From Thiohalomonas denitrificans (GTDB lineage Bacteria > Pseudomonadota > Gammaproteobacteria > Thiohalomonadales > Thiohalomonadaceae), in contig NZ_JAENYR010000010.1 in the NCBI RefSeq assembly GCF_016841685.1, positions 3,000 through 66,999 of the forward strand: a stretch of DNA of 64,000 nucleotides. Reading direction: 5' to 3'. Position numbers and translations under genes: made by a program. This document shows, piece by piece, positions 35,732-46,579 of this stretch. Under the pieces are notes generated by a model. That model ran no database searches, had not been told where the DNA came from, and saw only the letters and a program-made list of their open reading frames with translations. Positions within the stretch are counted from its first letter, which is position 1, and every line of letters starts with the position of its first letter.

Positions 35732-36649
35732 ATGATGAAAAGACTTTTACTCGCCTTTGTTATGGTGGCGTTTGCCGCCACTGCGCAGGCCGCCAGCGAC
35801 CGCCTCAAACCCTTCCTGCTGTCCGAGGTAACCAGCGGTGATGTGGCGCAGGTGCTGTCATCGGTGGAGCAGAAGCTCAGTGAGGCCGGTTTTGACATTG
35901 TTGGCAGTTATTCGCCCTACGAGGGTGCGACGATTCTGGGTGTCACCTCCGATGCACTGCGCAGTGCCGCTGCGCAGTCGGAGTTTGGCGGTTACGCTGT
36001 GGTTCAGCGGGTAGCGCTGACCAGGCTGAATGGCGAGGTGCAGGTCTCCTATACCAATCCGACCTACATGTCCCATGCGTACCGCATGAACAGCGATTTG
36101 GCGGAAGTCACCGCAGCGCTGGAGCAGGCTTTGGGCAATGCCGGGGCTTTCGGTCCGGACGAAGGCCTGACGCCGGAGAAAGTGCGTAAGTACCACTACA
36201 TGTTCGGCATGCCCTATTTTGACGATGCGATTGAGCTGGCCAAACACGACAGTTACGAAGCGGCCGTGGCAGCGGTGGAGAAGAGCCTGAAGGAAACGAA
36301 AGGTACATCCCGGGCGTGGCGGGTGGACGTTCCCGGTAAGGAGGAAACGGTCTTTGGCGTGGGCATGGTCAAAGGCAAAGACGGTAACAAATACGCGGAC
36401 GACCCGTACATCATGAGCGAGATCGATTTCAAGGATCTGCGTTCCACGGCTCACCTTCCCTACGAAGTCCTGGTATCCGGCAACCGGGTGTATACCCTGC
36501 CGGCGGAGTTCCGCATTGCCATCAACTTTCCGGACCTGAAAATGATGGGCTCCAACAGCTTCATGAACATCATGGAGACCCCCGACGCGGTTCAGGAGCT
36601 CCTGACCCTGGGTGCGGGCGGCAAGGTCGAAACGGCAAGCTTCTGGTAA
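35732..36649 (+). CDS. Periplasmic uncharacterised protein, tandem DUF302-like
   Basis: Signal peptide ending AQA; two alpha/beta halves, LPYEVLVSGNRVY resembles the DUF302 motif. Confidence 0.6.
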   Translation: MMKRLLLAFVMVAFAATAQAASDRLKPFLLSEVTSGDVAQVLSSVEQKLSEAGFDIVGSYSPYEGATILGVTSDALRSAAAQSEFGGYAVVQRVALTRLNGEVQVSYTNPTYMSHAYRMNSDLAEVTAALEQALGNAGAFGPDEGLTPEKVRKYHYMFGMPYFDDAIELAKHDSYEAAVAAVEKSLKETKGTSRAWRVDVPGKEETVFGVGMVKGKDGNKYADDPYIMSEIDFKDLRSTAHLPYEVLVSGNRVYTLPAEFRIAINFPDLKMMGSNSFMNIMETPDAVQELLTLGAGGKVETASFW

Positions 36650-36832
36650 ACCGCACAGGCAAAGATGCGTACGCAGGGTGGATTGACGACAGCGTAATCC
36701 GCCGTTGCCCCAAGGATGGTGTCTTCTATACATACCTGTGCGACGAATAACTACCGGGGGGAGAACAAACAGAAGCCCGCCAAGGGCCGTGGACGTCATT
36801 AGAATGGCTCGCGGACTGGAAGTCCGACACTA

Positions 36833-36858
36833 AGGCCCCGCTTGCGGGGCTTTTCTTT
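36833..36858 (+). terminator. Probable intrinsic terminator
   Basis: AAGGCCCCGC-TT-GCGGGGCTTTTCTTTT. Confidence 0.65.
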
Positions 36859-36993
36859 TCGGCTCTTCCGCAGAATCCTCACCTATTTGCGCCTTCGAGA
36901 AGAAGCTTGGCTACCTGCTCAGTTTCAGCGAGGTGCTCATGAAGCATGGGATTACCCGAACCGTCAATCGGCGAAGAGCAGGGTAGACGCATA

Positions 36994-37245
36994 CTCACAT
37001 TTTTGGTGCCGGCGAGCGATATAGGTCTCCTTGATGGCAGGTACGCAGTGAATACGACCTACAGGGATGTAGGAAGTGAAGAGTAAGCAGGAGCTATCAT
37101 CTTTCATCCGTGCACGCTCGACGGCAGCATCCCTCGACAACGGCTCCTCGACAATAAGCTCCATGTATTGTCTACCACCGCCTTCCATGGCAGCGTACCG
37201 GCTATCAAGGACTTAGACCACTCGCTTCAAAATATGCGGTTGCCC
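36994..37245 (-). repeat. Family A repeat copy 4
   Basis: tacgacctacagggatgtaggaagtgaaga and ttgtctaccaccgccttccatg blocks are identical to the reverse complement of copy 1; ends gcggttgccc. Confidence 0.85.
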
Positions 37246-37439
37246 ACGCCGCGACGAGGCTGATTGAGTCCCTGGCGTTTTGGCGAGAGCCTATAATTTG
37301 CTCTGCACCCACAAATTCCCCTGACGAGCCCTTTTTTACGTTCGTGAAAAAAATCCCCCGATCGGGTATTCTGTACGGCTTTTCCGGCCCGGCTCGGGGC
37401 GGTCAACGGTTCTCAATATTGCCGATTCAGGGGTAGCCG

Positions 37440-38696
37440 ATGTTCAGCAGAGACATGCGCATTGCGGGATTTGACGATGAGCTTTGGAGCGCCATGGAGA
37501 AGGAAGTGGTGCGCCAGGAGGAGCATATCGAGCTGATTGCTTCCGAAAACTACACCAGCCCGCGTGTAATGGAGGCCCAGGGGTCGGTCCTGACCAACAA
37601 GTATGCGGAAGGCTACCCCGGCAAGCGCTACTACGGCGGTTGCGAGTATGTGGATGTGGCGGAGCAATTGGCCATCGATCGGGTCAAGCAGCTGTTCGGA
37701 GCCGACTACGCCAACGTCCAGCCTCACTCCGGTTCGCAGGCCAATGCCGCTGTTTACATGGCCCTGTTGCAGCCCGGCGACACCATACTCGGCATGAGCC
37801 TGGATGCCGGGGGCCACCTGACCCACGGCGCCAAGCCGAATTTCTCGGGGAAAATCTACAACGCCATTCAGTATGGTCTCAATGAAGAGAGCGGCGAGAT
37901 CGACTACCAGCAGGTGGAGCGCCTGGCCCTCGAGCACAAGCCAAAGATGATTATCGCCGGCTTCTCGGCTTACTCCCGCGTGGTCGATTGGCAGCGGTTT
38001 CGTGACATCGCCGATGAAGTCGGTGCCTGGCTGATGGTCGACATGGCCCATGTGGCGGGCCTGGTCGCCGCCGGCGTCTATCCGAGCCCGGTATCGCTCG
38101 CCGATGTAACCACCTCCACGACGCACAAAACCCTGCGCGGACCACGCGGCGGCATTATTCTCGCCAGGTCCAATCCGGAAGTCGAAAAAAAACTGAACTC
38201 GCTGGTCTTCCCCGGCACCCAGGGTGGCCCGCTGATGCACGTCATTGCCGGTAAGGCCGTGGCGTTCAAGGAAGCCCTCCAGGATGACTTCAAGACCTAT
38301 CAGCAGCAGGTGGTCAAGAACGCCCGCGCCATGGCCAAGGTCTTCATGGAACGCGGGTTCGATGTGGTCTCGGGCGGCACCGACAATCACCTGTTTCTGG
38401 TCAGCCTCGTCAAGCAGGAGTTGACCGGTAAGGACGCGGATGCCTGGCTGGGGGCAGCCAATATCACGGTGAACAAAAATGCCGTCCCCAATGACCCTCA
38501 GTCGCCCTTTGTCACCTCCGGCATCCGGCTCGGTACACCGGCCTCTACCACCCGCGGCTTTAAAGAAGCCGAATGCAGCGAGCTGGCCGGATGGATGTGC
38601 GATGTCATCGAAGGTCGGGGCCGTGAGGCCGTCATTGCCGAGACCAGGCAAAAGGTCCTGGACCTCTGCAAACGCTTCCCTGTCTACGAGCGATAG
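37440..38696 (+). CDS. glyA: Serine hydroxymethyltransferase
   Basis: [37 protein letters not shown] motifs. Confidence 0.98.
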   Translation: MFSRDMRIAGFDDELWSAMEKEVVRQEEHIELIASENYTSPRVMEAQGSVLTNKYAEGYPGKRYYGGCEYVDVAEQLAIDRVKQLFGADYANVQPHSGSQANAAVYMALLQPGDTILGMSLDAGGHLTHGAKPNFSGKIYNAIQYGLNEESGEIDYQQVERLALEHKPKMIIAGFSAYSRVVDWQRFRDIADEVGAWLMVDMAHVAGLVAAGVYPSPVSLADVTTSTTHKTLRGPRGGIILARSNPEVEKKLNSLVFPGTQGGPLMHVIAGKAVAFKEALQDDFKTYQQQVVKNARAMAKVFMERGFDVVSGGTDNHLFLVSLVKQELTGKDADAWLGAANITVNKNAVPNDPQSPFVTSGIRLGTPASTTRGFKEAECSELAGWMCDVIEGRGREAVIAETRQKVLDLCKRFPVYER

Positions 38697-38742
38697 AGAG
38701 CCGGGCCTCTATCCTAGCCACTAGCCACTGGAAACTGTCGTC

Positions 38743-39261
38743 ATGCGCTGTCCGTTCTGTACTGAACCCGACACCAGGGTGATCGATTCGCGACTGGCGA
38801 ATGAAGGGGATTCCGTTCGTCGACGGCGCGAGTGCATGACCTGCGGAGAGCGCTTCACCACCTTTGAAACCGCCGAGTTGGTAATGCCTCGCATTGTCAA
38901 GCAGGATGGTACCCGCGAGCCTTTCAGTGAAGGGAAACTGCGGCTGGGCCTACAGCGCTCCCTGGAGAAGCGGCCGGTGGATACCGAGGCCATCGAGGGG
39001 GCGCTGAACCGGATCAAACATCGCATCCGGGCCACGGGCGAGCGCGAAGTTGCCTCACCCAAAGTGGGAGAATGGGTGATGAACGAGCTGCGGGAAATGG
39101 ATGAGGTGGCTTATGTCCGTTTCGCTTCCGTATACCGCAGTTTTCAGGACGTCAATGCCTTCAGGGAAGAGATTGAGCGTTTGCAGAGCGAACCTTCGTC
39201 GGAAGCGCGCCGTAGTCAGCTCACTCTGCTCGATGGCGAGTCGCCCAAAAAGAAAAAGTAA
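38743..39261 (+). CDS. nrdR: Transcriptional repressor NrdR
   Basis: MRCPFC...[20 protein letters not shown] cone, [10 protein letters not shown]. Confidence 0.97.
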   Translation: MRCPFCTEPDTRVIDSRLANEGDSVRRRRECMTCGERFTTFETAELVMPRIVKQDGTREPFSEGKLRLGLQRSLEKRPVDTEAIEGALNRIKHRIRATGEREVASPKVGEWVMNELREMDEVAYVRFASVYRSFQDVNAFREEIERLQSEPSSEARRSQLTLLDGESPKKKK

Positions 39262-40364
39262 TGTCCGAATTTACGATCGACGACTACCGCTACATGGCCC
39301 GGGCGCTAAAGCTTGCCGAACGCGGGCTTTGTACCACCGACCCCAACCCCCGGGTCGGCTGTGTGCTGGTGCGGGATGGCAAAGTAGTTGGTGAAGGGTG
39401 GCATGCGATTGCCGGAGGGCCCCATGCCGAAGTCGTGGCACTCCGGAACGCAGGCGAAGCCGCGCGGGGCGCCACCGCCTATGTGACGCTGGAACCCTGC
39501 AGTCACCATGGAAAGACAGCTCCCTGCAGCGATGCGGTCATCGAAGCGGGCGTATCCCGCCTGGTGGCTGCAATGCAGGACCCGAACCCGAAAGTGGCCG
39601 GCGAAGGGCTTGCAAGACTGCGCGAGCAAGATGTCGAGGTGGCTGTCGGTCTGATGAAGTCACAGGCCGAGGCGCTGAATCCCGGTTTCGTTATGCGTAT
39701 GCGCAGCGGTCGCCCCTTCGTGCGTAGTAAACTGGCGATGAGCCTGGACGGGCGTACCGCCATGGCCTCGGGCGAAAGCCTCTGGATCACCGGTGAGGCC
39801 GCCCGCAGGGATGTTCACCGGCTCCGCGCCCGCAGTTCCGCCATTGTTTCCGGCATCGGAACGGTGCTCTCCGACGATCCTTCCCTGAACGTCCGCCTGG
39901 AAGGGCAGGAGCGGCAGCCGCTGCGGGTCGTACTTGACCCCCGTCTCTCGATGCCGGAGACGGCAAAGATGCTGACTCTGCCCGGGAAAACGCTGGTAGC
40001 AACCGCAGCCAGCCCCGACGATGCGTGGGAGCGCCTGGAGTCCAAAGGGGCCGAAGTGGTCTCACTCCCTGACGGACCCGATCGGATCGATCTCCACGCC
40101 ATGCTTCACCTGCTTGCCGAACGGGAGGTCAATGAGATTCTGCTGGAGACCGGAGCCATTCTGAGCGGTGCGATGCTCAGGGCGGGACTTATCGATGAGT
40201 TGGTCGTTTATATGGCGCCCCGCCTGATGGGGGACAGCGCCCGTGGCCTGTTTAGGTTGCCGGGGCTGGAAGCGATGGCAGACACCCTCGACCTCGAAAT
40301 CGACGATATTCGGGCGGTGGGTCGGGACTGGCGGATCACCGCCCGGCCTATCGCCAAAACTTAA
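39261..40364 (+). CDS. ribD: Riboflavin biosynthesis deaminase/reductase
   Basis: PNPRVG, HAE, TLEPCSH, SLDGRTA motifs. Confidence 0.97.
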   Translation: MSEFTIDDYRYMARALKLAERGLCTTDPNPRVGCVLVRDGKVVGEGWHAIAGGPHAEVVALRNAGEAARGATAYVTLEPCSHHGKTAPCSDAVIEAGVSRLVAAMQDPNPKVAGEGLARLREQDVEVAVGLMKSQAEALNPGFVMRMRSGRPFVRSKLAMSLDGRTAMASGESLWITGEAARRDVHRLRARSSAIVSGIGTVLSDDPSLNVRLEGQERQPLRVVLDPRLSMPETAKMLTLPGKTLVATAASPDDAWERLESKGAEVVSLPDGPDRIDLHAMLHLLAEREVNEILLETGAILSGAMLRAGLIDELVVYMAPRLMGDSARGLFRLPGLEAMADTLDLEIDDIRAVGRDWRITARPIAKT

Positions 40365-40372
40365 CTGTATAG

Positions 40373-40529
40373 GTAACTGTTCGCCCGGTTGATCATGCGC
40401 GGCATAGGAGATTCGTCATCCCCGCGCAGGCGAACCGTCATCCCCGCGCAGGCGGGGATCCATTTTGAGCCATGCCGCTGCTCTCTGGATTCCCGCCTCC
40501 GCGGGAATGACGGGGGAGTGAGCAGTTAC
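40373..40529 (+). mobile_element. MITE family B copy 3 (157 bp)
   Basis: Near-identical to 11902-12058; flanks CTGTATAG / CTTTATAT (6/8). Confidence 0.85.
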
Positions 40530-40618
40530 CTTTATATATCTAAACCTTTGCGTCCTTTGCGGTGGATATCCGGGCGAGCTGAGATTCGACGGCAGGGCCC
40601 GGCGGGAGATAGAGAACG

Positions 40619-41281
40619 ATGTTTACCGGAATTATCGAGGCAATCGGCGAGATCGCTGTGCTTGAACCGAAACAGGATGATGTACGGGCGTATGTCCGTA
40701 CCGGTAAGCTTGACCTCAAAGATGTGCAGCTGGGCGACAGTATCGCCGTGAACGGCGTCTGCCTGACGGCGGTCGAGTTGCCCGGGGACGGCTTCTGGGC
40801 CGACGTTTCAGGAGAGACGCTGTCGAAAACCGGCTTTGCCGATCTCAAGGCGGGCAGTCGGGTGAATCTGGAAAAGGCCCTTACACCCACCACCCGCCTG
40901 GGCGGTCATCTGGTCTCCGGCCATGTGGACGGGGTCGGTGAGATATTGGAGCGTCACTCGGCGGGGCGCTCGGAGCAGTTCAGGATAGACGCACCGGTCG
41001 AGCTGGCGCGCTATGTCGCCAAGAAGGGGTCCATTAGTGTCGACGGCATCAGTCTGACCGTCAATGAGGTGAACGGGACGGTTTTTGAGCTCAACATCGT
41101 TCCGCACACGCTGCAGGAGACCACCATGGGTGAGTTCCGGACGGGGCGTCGCGTTAACCTGGAAGTCGACATCATTGCCCGCTACCTGGAGCGCCTGGTC
41201 CTTGGCGACAAGGCCGCCGAGCCGAATAGCGCGGGAATTTCGGAGGCCTTTCTCGCCGAACACGGTTTTTTGAAGAGATAG
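40619..41281 (+). CDS. ribE: Riboflavin synthase (alpha chain)
   Basis: MFTGIIE, GDSIAVNGVCLT, VNLEKA, GGHLVSGHVD motifs. Confidence 0.97.
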   Translation: MFTGIIEAIGEIAVLEPKQDDVRAYVRTGKLDLKDVQLGDSIAVNGVCLTAVELPGDGFWADVSGETLSKTGFADLKAGSRVNLEKALTPTTRLGGHLVSGHVDGVGEILERHSAGRSEQFRIDAPVELARYVAKKGSISVDGISLTVNEVNGTVFELNIVPHTLQETTMGEFRTGRRVNLEVDIIARYLERLVLGDKAAEPNSAGISEAFLAEHGFLKR

Positions 41282-41293
41282 CGAAACCAAATT

Positions 41294-42403
41294 ATGGCAC
41301 TGAATACCATTGAAGAAATTATCGAGGACATCCGTCTGGGCAAGATGGTTATCCTGATGGATGATGAGGATCGGGAGAACGAGGGGGACCTGATGATGGC
41401 CTCCACGATGGTCCGGCCCGATGACATCAATTTCATGGCCCGCTATGGTCGCGGCCTGATTTGCATGACCCTGACGCGAGAGCGCTGTGAACAGCTTCAT
41501 CTGCCGCTGATGGTGAGCAACACCAACGACAAGCACGGCACCAACTTTACACTCTCTATCGAGGCGGCCAAAGGCGTCACCACCGGCATCTCCGCTTATG
41601 ACCGTGCGCACACGGTTCGCACCGCGGCGGCGCCCGATGCCGGGCCCGACGACATCGTGCAGCCGGGACACATCTTTCCGTTGATGGCCCAGTCTGGTGG
41701 CGTACTGACCCGTGCCGGCCATACCGAAGCGGGTTGTGACATGGCCCGGCTGGCGGGACTCGAACCCTCGTCGGTGATCGTCGAGATCCTCAACGAGGAT
41801 GGCACCATGGCGCGCCGTCCGGATCTGGAAAAGTTTGCCGAAGAGCACGACCTGAAGATCGGAACGGTCGCGGATCTGATCCACTATCGGCTGCATAACG
41901 AACCCAGTGTCGAGCGCGTGGCGGAGTGCATTATGCCCACCGAATGCGGTGAATTTCGGCTCGTCGCCTATCGGGATTTGATTGAACGGGAACTGCACCT
42001 CGCCCTGGTGAAAGGCGAAGTGACGGAGGGTGAGCCGACGCTGGTACGGGTGCATCTGGAACACACCCTGTGCGACATGTTCGGCAACCAGCGCGGCGAC
42101 TGCGGCTGGCCGCTTCGTGACGCCCTGTGTCGCATCGCCAACGAGGGCAGCGGGGTCGTGATTATCCTCCGCCAGCACGAGGACGCCGACACCTTGATTC
42201 GCCACATCCGCGACTATCAGGTGCAGGACGAGGGTGTCACGCTTCCCAAGCAAGACAAGACCGAAGACTTGCGGACCTACGGAATCGGCGCACAGATCCT
42301 GCTGGACCTCAGGGTGAAGGAAATGCGGGTGCTCTCGGCACCGAAAAGGATGCATGCGCTTTCCGGCTTCGGGCTGGAGGTGGTGGAGTACGTCGACGAC
42401 TGA
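41294..42403 (+). CDS. ribB: DHBP synthase fused to a degenerate GTP cyclohydrolase II-like domain (RibBX)
   Basis: [10 protein letters not shown] and RAGHTEA in the N-domain; C-domain [18 protein letters not shown] lacks the canonical Zn cysteines. Confidence 0.92.
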   Translation: MALNTIEEIIEDIRLGKMVILMDDEDRENEGDLMMASTMVRPDDINFMARYGRGLICMTLTRERCEQLHLPLMVSNTNDKHGTNFTLSIEAAKGVTTGISAYDRAHTVRTAAAPDAGPDDIVQPGHIFPLMAQSGGVLTRAGHTEAGCDMARLAGLEPSSVIVEILNEDGTMARRPDLEKFAEEHDLKIGTVADLIHYRLHNEPSVERVAECIMPTECGEFRLVAYRDLIERELHLALVKGEVTEGEPTLVRVHLEHTLCDMFGNQRGDCGWPLRDALCRIANEGSGVVIILRQHEDADTLIRHIRDYQVQDEGVTLPKQDKTEDLRTYGIGAQILLDLRVKEMRVLSAPKRMHALSGFGLEVVEYVDD

Positions 42404-42404
42404 C

Positions 42405-42506
42405 GTAGGAGCCCGCCCCGCGGGCGAACAGCGCGATAGCGCTGTTGGAAATTGGGAAATTCGACGGCTGACGCTGTGTTCGCACAGAGAGCTTGGTTCC
42501 TACAGG
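42405..42506. repeat. REP-like GTAGGA...TCCTAC doublet
   Basis: cGTAGGAGcccgccccgcgggcgaa...ttcgc...tTCCTACagg; similar ends at about 43590-43655 and 55372-55394. Confidence 0.5.
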
Positions 42507-42563
42507 TGATTCGAGTTCATTGAGTTTTCAATCAGGCCGATAATCAATTACAGGAAAACAGCC

Positions 42564-43040
42564 ATGGCTGAGATTAAGAGTTTTGAGGGGGAGCTGACCG
42601 TCAGTGGTGCCAAATTCGGTATTGTCGTCAGCCGGTTCAACAGCTTTGTGGTGGAAAGCCTGCTCGACGGTGCGGTGGACACCATCAAACGCCATGGTGG
42701 TGCGGAACAGCACATCGAAGTAGTGCGGGTGCCGGGTGCCTTCGAGATGCCGCTGGCTGCCAAACGCATGGTGGCCGCAGGCCGCTATGATGCGATCATC
42801 GCTCTGGGGGCGGTAATTCGCGGTGGTACGCCTCACTTTGAATACGTGGCTTCGGAATGCACCAAGGGGCTCGCCCAGGTCTCCCTGGATAGCGGAATCC
42901 CCATGGCGTTCGGTGTGTTGACCGTCGACAGTATTGAACAAGCTATCGAACGCGCCGGAACCAAAGCCGGCAACAAGGGAGCCGAGGCCGCCATGTCCGC
43001 CATCGAGATGGTCAATCTGCTCCCTAAACTCGACGCCTGA
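42564..43040 (+). CDS. ribH: 6,7-dimethyl-8-ribityllumazine synthase
   Basis: [31 protein letters not shown] motifs. Confidence 0.98.
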   Translation: MAEIKSFEGELTVSGAKFGIVVSRFNSFVVESLLDGAVDTIKRHGGAEQHIEVVRVPGAFEMPLAAKRMVAAGRYDAIIALGAVIRGGTPHFEYVASECTKGLAQVSLDSGIPMAFGVLTVDSIEQAIERAGTKAGNKGAEAAMSAIEMVNLLPKLDA

Positions 43041-43057
43041 GGAGGTCGCAACCCATT

Positions 43058-43498
43058 ATGAGTCGCGCCCGCAGCTGCGCCCGAAAGCGTGCTATTCAGG
43101 CCCTCTATCAGTGGCAGGTAGGGGGACAGGACCTTGCTGACATTGAGTCCCATTTTCTGGCTGAGCAGGACATGGAGGGCTGCGATCTCGGTTATTTCTC
43201 GGAGTTGCTGCATCAAATTCCGGCTCGGTTCGACGAGTTGAACGAGGCGATTGACCCGTGCCTGGACCGGCCGATCAGTCAGATCGATCCCGTGGAGCGC
43301 GCTATCCTCAGCACCGGCGTCTACGAACTGAAGTTTCGTATCGACATTCCGTATCGCGTTGTCATCAACGAGGCGGTGGAGTTGGCCAAGATCTTCGGGG
43401 GTGAACAGGGGCACCGCTATGTGAACGGCATACTCGACAAGGTGTCGCGGACGCTGCGAAAAGCCGAAGTGGAAGCGGCCGGCAAGCGCCGAAGTTGA
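43058..43498 (+). CDS. nusB: Transcription antitermination factor NusB
   Basis: ARKRAIQALYQW, VVINEAVELAK, YVNGILDK motifs. Confidence 0.97.
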   Translation: MSRARSCARKRAIQALYQWQVGGQDLADIESHFLAEQDMEGCDLGYFSELLHQIPARFDELNEAIDPCLDRPISQIDPVERAILSTGVYELKFRIDIPYRVVINEAVELAKIFGGEQGHRYVNGILDKVSRTLRKAEVEAAGKRRS

Positions 43499-43672
43499 TT
43501 CGGTCGGCTTCGCCTGCGCATAGCGATGCTTCGGCAGGGGCTTTGCCGCGAGGCGAGCCTCCTCCCGGGTGATTGCTTCCGCTCTGTCGGTAGGAGAGCC
43601 GCCCCTGACGCGATAATGGCCGTGACGAAAATCGCCGCGAGCACGTCTCCTACAGGGGGTACCCGTATCAAT

Positions 43673-44650
43673 ATGGCGCTTTCGGAATTTCAGCTGATCG
43701 ATCGTGTTTTCGCCGCCCGGGCGTCCGCCCGGGCCGATGTGCCGCTGGGGATCGGTGACGATGCGGCGCTGTTGCGTGTTCCGGCCGACGTGGAATTGGC
43801 CGTTGCTATCGACGGGCTGCACGCCGGCATCCATTTCCCGGAAGACACCGATCCGCGGGCTATCGGTCACAAGGCGCTGGCGGTAAATCTGAGCGATCTG
43901 GCCGCCATGGGGGCCGAACCGGCCTGGGCCACATTGTTCCTCAGCCTTCCGGATCCGGACGAAGCCTTCGCCTGCGAGTTCGCCAATGGATTTTTTACCC
44001 TCGCCGAGCGCTTCGGAGTGGCACTGGTAGGTGGCGATACGGTTCGGGGACCGCTGTGTGCGGTGGTTCAGGCGCACGGTTTTGTCCCTGCGGGGAAGGC
44101 GCTGCGCCGCAGTGGCGCCCGCCCAGGAGACGGGATCTACGTCACCGGCAGCCTCGGGGATGCGGGTGCTGGCCTGGGCCTGGTGCAGAAACGCCTTGAA
44201 ATTGGCGGTTCGGATGGGGATTTCCTGCGCGGTCGGCTGGATTATCCCGAACCGCGACTCAAGGCCGGGCGGGCTCTGCTCGAGGTCGCCAGTGCGGCCA
44301 TCGATATTTCCGACGGAGTGCGGGCTGACCTGGGGCATATCCTGTCGCAAAGCGGTGTCGGTGGTCGTATCGAAATCGGGTCCCTTCCGCGTTCGGAAGT
44401 CCTGCTGCGAAGTTTACCGGAGCCGGCCGGCATCGATCTGGCGCTCAGTGCCGGTGACGATTATGAACTCTGCTTTACCGTATCTCCCGATCGCGAGCCG
44501 CGCCTTCAGGCCCTGGCTGAGGGCATGGAGTGTCCTATTACTCGTATCGGCCGGATTGAACCCGAATCGGGTCTGCGATTGTTCGGTCCCGCTGGAGGCG
44601 TCTATAGGACGTATGAGGGTTCAGGTTATGACCACTTCAAGGGGCACTGA
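43673..44650 (+). CDS. thiL: Thiamine-monophosphate kinase
   Basis: EFQLI, GIGDDAA, AVNLSDLAAMGA, GGDT, DISDG, GDDYEL motifs. Confidence 0.96.
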   Translation: MALSEFQLIDRVFAARASARADVPLGIGDDAALLRVPADVELAVAIDGLHAGIHFPEDTDPRAIGHKALAVNLSDLAAMGAEPAWATLFLSLPDPDEAFACEFANGFFTLAERFGVALVGGDTVRGPLCAVVQAHGFVPAGKALRRSGARPGDGIYVTGSLGDAGAGLGLVQKRLEIGGSDGDFLRGRLDYPEPRLKAGRALLEVASAAIDISDGVRADLGHILSQSGVGGRIEIGSLPRSEVLLRSLPEPAGIDLALSAGDDYELCFTVSPDREPRLQALAEGMECPITRIGRIEPESGLRLFGPAGGVYRTYEGSGYDHFKGH

Positions 44651-44653
44651 TTG

Positions 44654-45160
44654 ATGGACGAGGTGACGGCAATCACCGAGCCGGAAGAGCGCAGCCCCCG
44701 TGAGGTCTGGAGAGACCCGCGCTGCCTGCTCGCCTTCGGGTTCGGCAGCGGACTGGCACCGGCGGCGCCGGGGACAGTGGGAACTCTCGCAGCGATTCCG
44801 CTTTACCTGGTTCTGCAACCGCTCGGAATGGGTGCCTATCTACTGGTTACTGCACTGATTTTCGTCATCGGCATAAGCCTCTGTAACCATGCGGCGAAGG
44901 TGCTGAGGGTACACGATCATCCGGCCATCGTTTGGGATGAATTCGCCGGCTATCTACTGACGATGACGGCAGCACCTGCAGGCTGGCAGTGGCCGCTTAT
45001 CGGTTTCATCCTGTTCCGTTTTTTCGACATCGTCAAACCCTGGCCTATTGGCTGGGTGGATCGTCACGTGAGCGGCGGGTTCGGAATCATGATTGACGAT
45101 ATCCTGGCTGCAGTTCCTGCGTGGTTTCTCTTGCAAGGCGCGGCGCGGATTCTGGGCTGA
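44654..45160 (+). CDS. pgpA: Phosphatidylglycerophosphatase A
   Basis: FGFGSG.APAAPGT, HDHPAIVWDE, FRFFDIVKP, GIMIDD motifs. Confidence 0.95.
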   Translation: MDEVTAITEPEERSPREVWRDPRCLLAFGFGSGLAPAAPGTVGTLAAIPLYLVLQPLGMGAYLLVTALIFVIGISLCNHAAKVLRVHDHPAIVWDEFAGYLLTMTAAPAGWQWPLIGFILFRFFDIVKPWPIGWVDRHVSGGFGIMIDDILAAVPAWFLLQGAARILG

Positions 45161-45720
45161 GCCTCCTGAAGAACTGGCCCCTGTTATTACGAGGAGCCTC
45201 GGCGACGAAGTAGTCTCTACTCCCAATCTCGAGATTGCCGCGTCGCTGGGGCGCCTCCTGATGAACTTGCCCCTTTCCATGCAGCCAGAGGTACGGAACA
45301 GGGCCGATGATGCCATTCCCTCCCCCTGTGGGGGAGGGCCAGGGAGGGGGTGATCTAATAGGCCGTGACCGTTTTCTTTCCCCCTCATCCTGTCCTTCTC
45401 CCTGAGGGAGAAGGACCCTCGTTCGACGCTCCGCAATGACGGCCAAGATTTTCATTGATTCGGGCCTGCGCAGCAGGGGGGTACGGCTTCTGAAGAACTG
45501 ACCTTCCTTGAATTTCTAACCACGGGGAACTCGGGGCGCACAGGGAGAAAAAGATCGGATTACTGTCTTACCGCGTGGTTACCATTCTTTATTGATTCGG
45601 GCCTGTGTAGCAGGGGTACGCTGGCGGTCTAAATCAGGGGCAGGACGAATAAGCACGCCCAAGCAACTTCTACTACCTGTTTGACCCCGTGCACCCCGTG
45701 TCCCCGGTGGTTCAAGCGCG
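45161..45720. repeat. Intergenic nest of several repeat types
   Basis: Contains GATTGCCGCGTCGCT...CGCAATGAC, CCCTCCCCC..GGGGGAGGG, two gattcgggcctg direct repeats and an ACCACGGGG inverted pair. Confidence 0.65.
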
Positions 45721-45819
45721 GTTCTTCCGGCCTGGCTCAGTGATCGCCTTGTTATCGTCCAGGCATGGGGGTAGCTTTGGTTAGTCTGAATACACCTGCA
45801 ATCAGGTAAGGAGATCCCA

Positions 45820-46485
45820 ATGGGCAGGAAGGCTGGTTTCCCACCGCTCGAAGGTACGGTTTTGGCGCTTCTTTTCCTCGCTGCGACTGTCGTTTGGGCC
45901 GGCCCGAATATCGTCGTGCTCGGATTGTTCAACGGCAAGGCGGTGCTCACCATCGACGGCGACCGCCAGGTGCTCTCCGAGGGCGATACCAGTCCTGAAG
46001 GGGTGCGATTGATTCAGGCAGATAGCGAGGGGGCAGTGATTGAGGTGGAAGGCCAGCGCCAACGACTGGCACTCGGGACCCATATCGGCTCGACATTCAG
46101 TGTCGCCAGACAGCGAGAGGTCCGAGTCTGGCCCGATGCCGGCGGCATGTACACGATCGATGGGTCCGTCAACGGTTATTCCATCAACTTCATGGTCGAT
46201 ACCGGTGCCACGTTTGTATCGATGAATTCATCGGAAGCCAAACGGCTGGGGGTCGACTACCTGCGGGATGGTCGTCCCGCCATGCTGGAGACGGCTTCGG
46301 GCCGTGAAACGGCCTATCGGGTGACGCTGGACAGGATATCGGTAGGGGAGATCAAGGTCCGCAATGTGCCTGCGGTCGTGCTGGAGGGTAACCTGCCGAG
46401 CCGAACGCTGCTCGGGATGTCGTTTCTTGATCAGCTGGATATGCAACGAGACGGTAAGGCGCTGGTACTACGTTCGAAATGGTGA
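45820..46485 (+). CDS. Clan AA (retropepsin-like) aspartic protease, TIGR02281-like
   Basis: FMVDTGATFV, LLGMSFL motifs; N-terminal signal/TM. Confidence 0.88.
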   Translation: MGRKAGFPPLEGTVLALLFLAATVVWAGPNIVVLGLFNGKAVLTIDGDRQVLSEGDTSPEGVRLIQADSEGAVIEVEGQRQRLALGTHIGSTFSVARQREVRVWPDAGGMYTIDGSVNGYSINFMVDTGATFVSMNSSEAKRLGVDYLRDGRPAMLETASGRETAYRVTLDRISVGEIKVRNVPAVVLEGNLPSRTLLGMSFLDQLDMQRDGKALVLRSKW

Positions 46486-46579
46486 AGCGAGACCCCGGCG
46501 ACAATCCGTGAAGCCAATCGCCGCGAGGGCGCGCCTCCTGCGTCCGGTGGCGCGCCCTCTGGGAAGGATGACGGGACGT

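Noticed and set aside
40365-42563. FMN or other riboswitch in the rib operon, or ZTP/glycine riboswitch before glyA
   Set aside because: Intergenic space is occupied by MITE/REP repeats and no conserved aptamer sequence was recognisable
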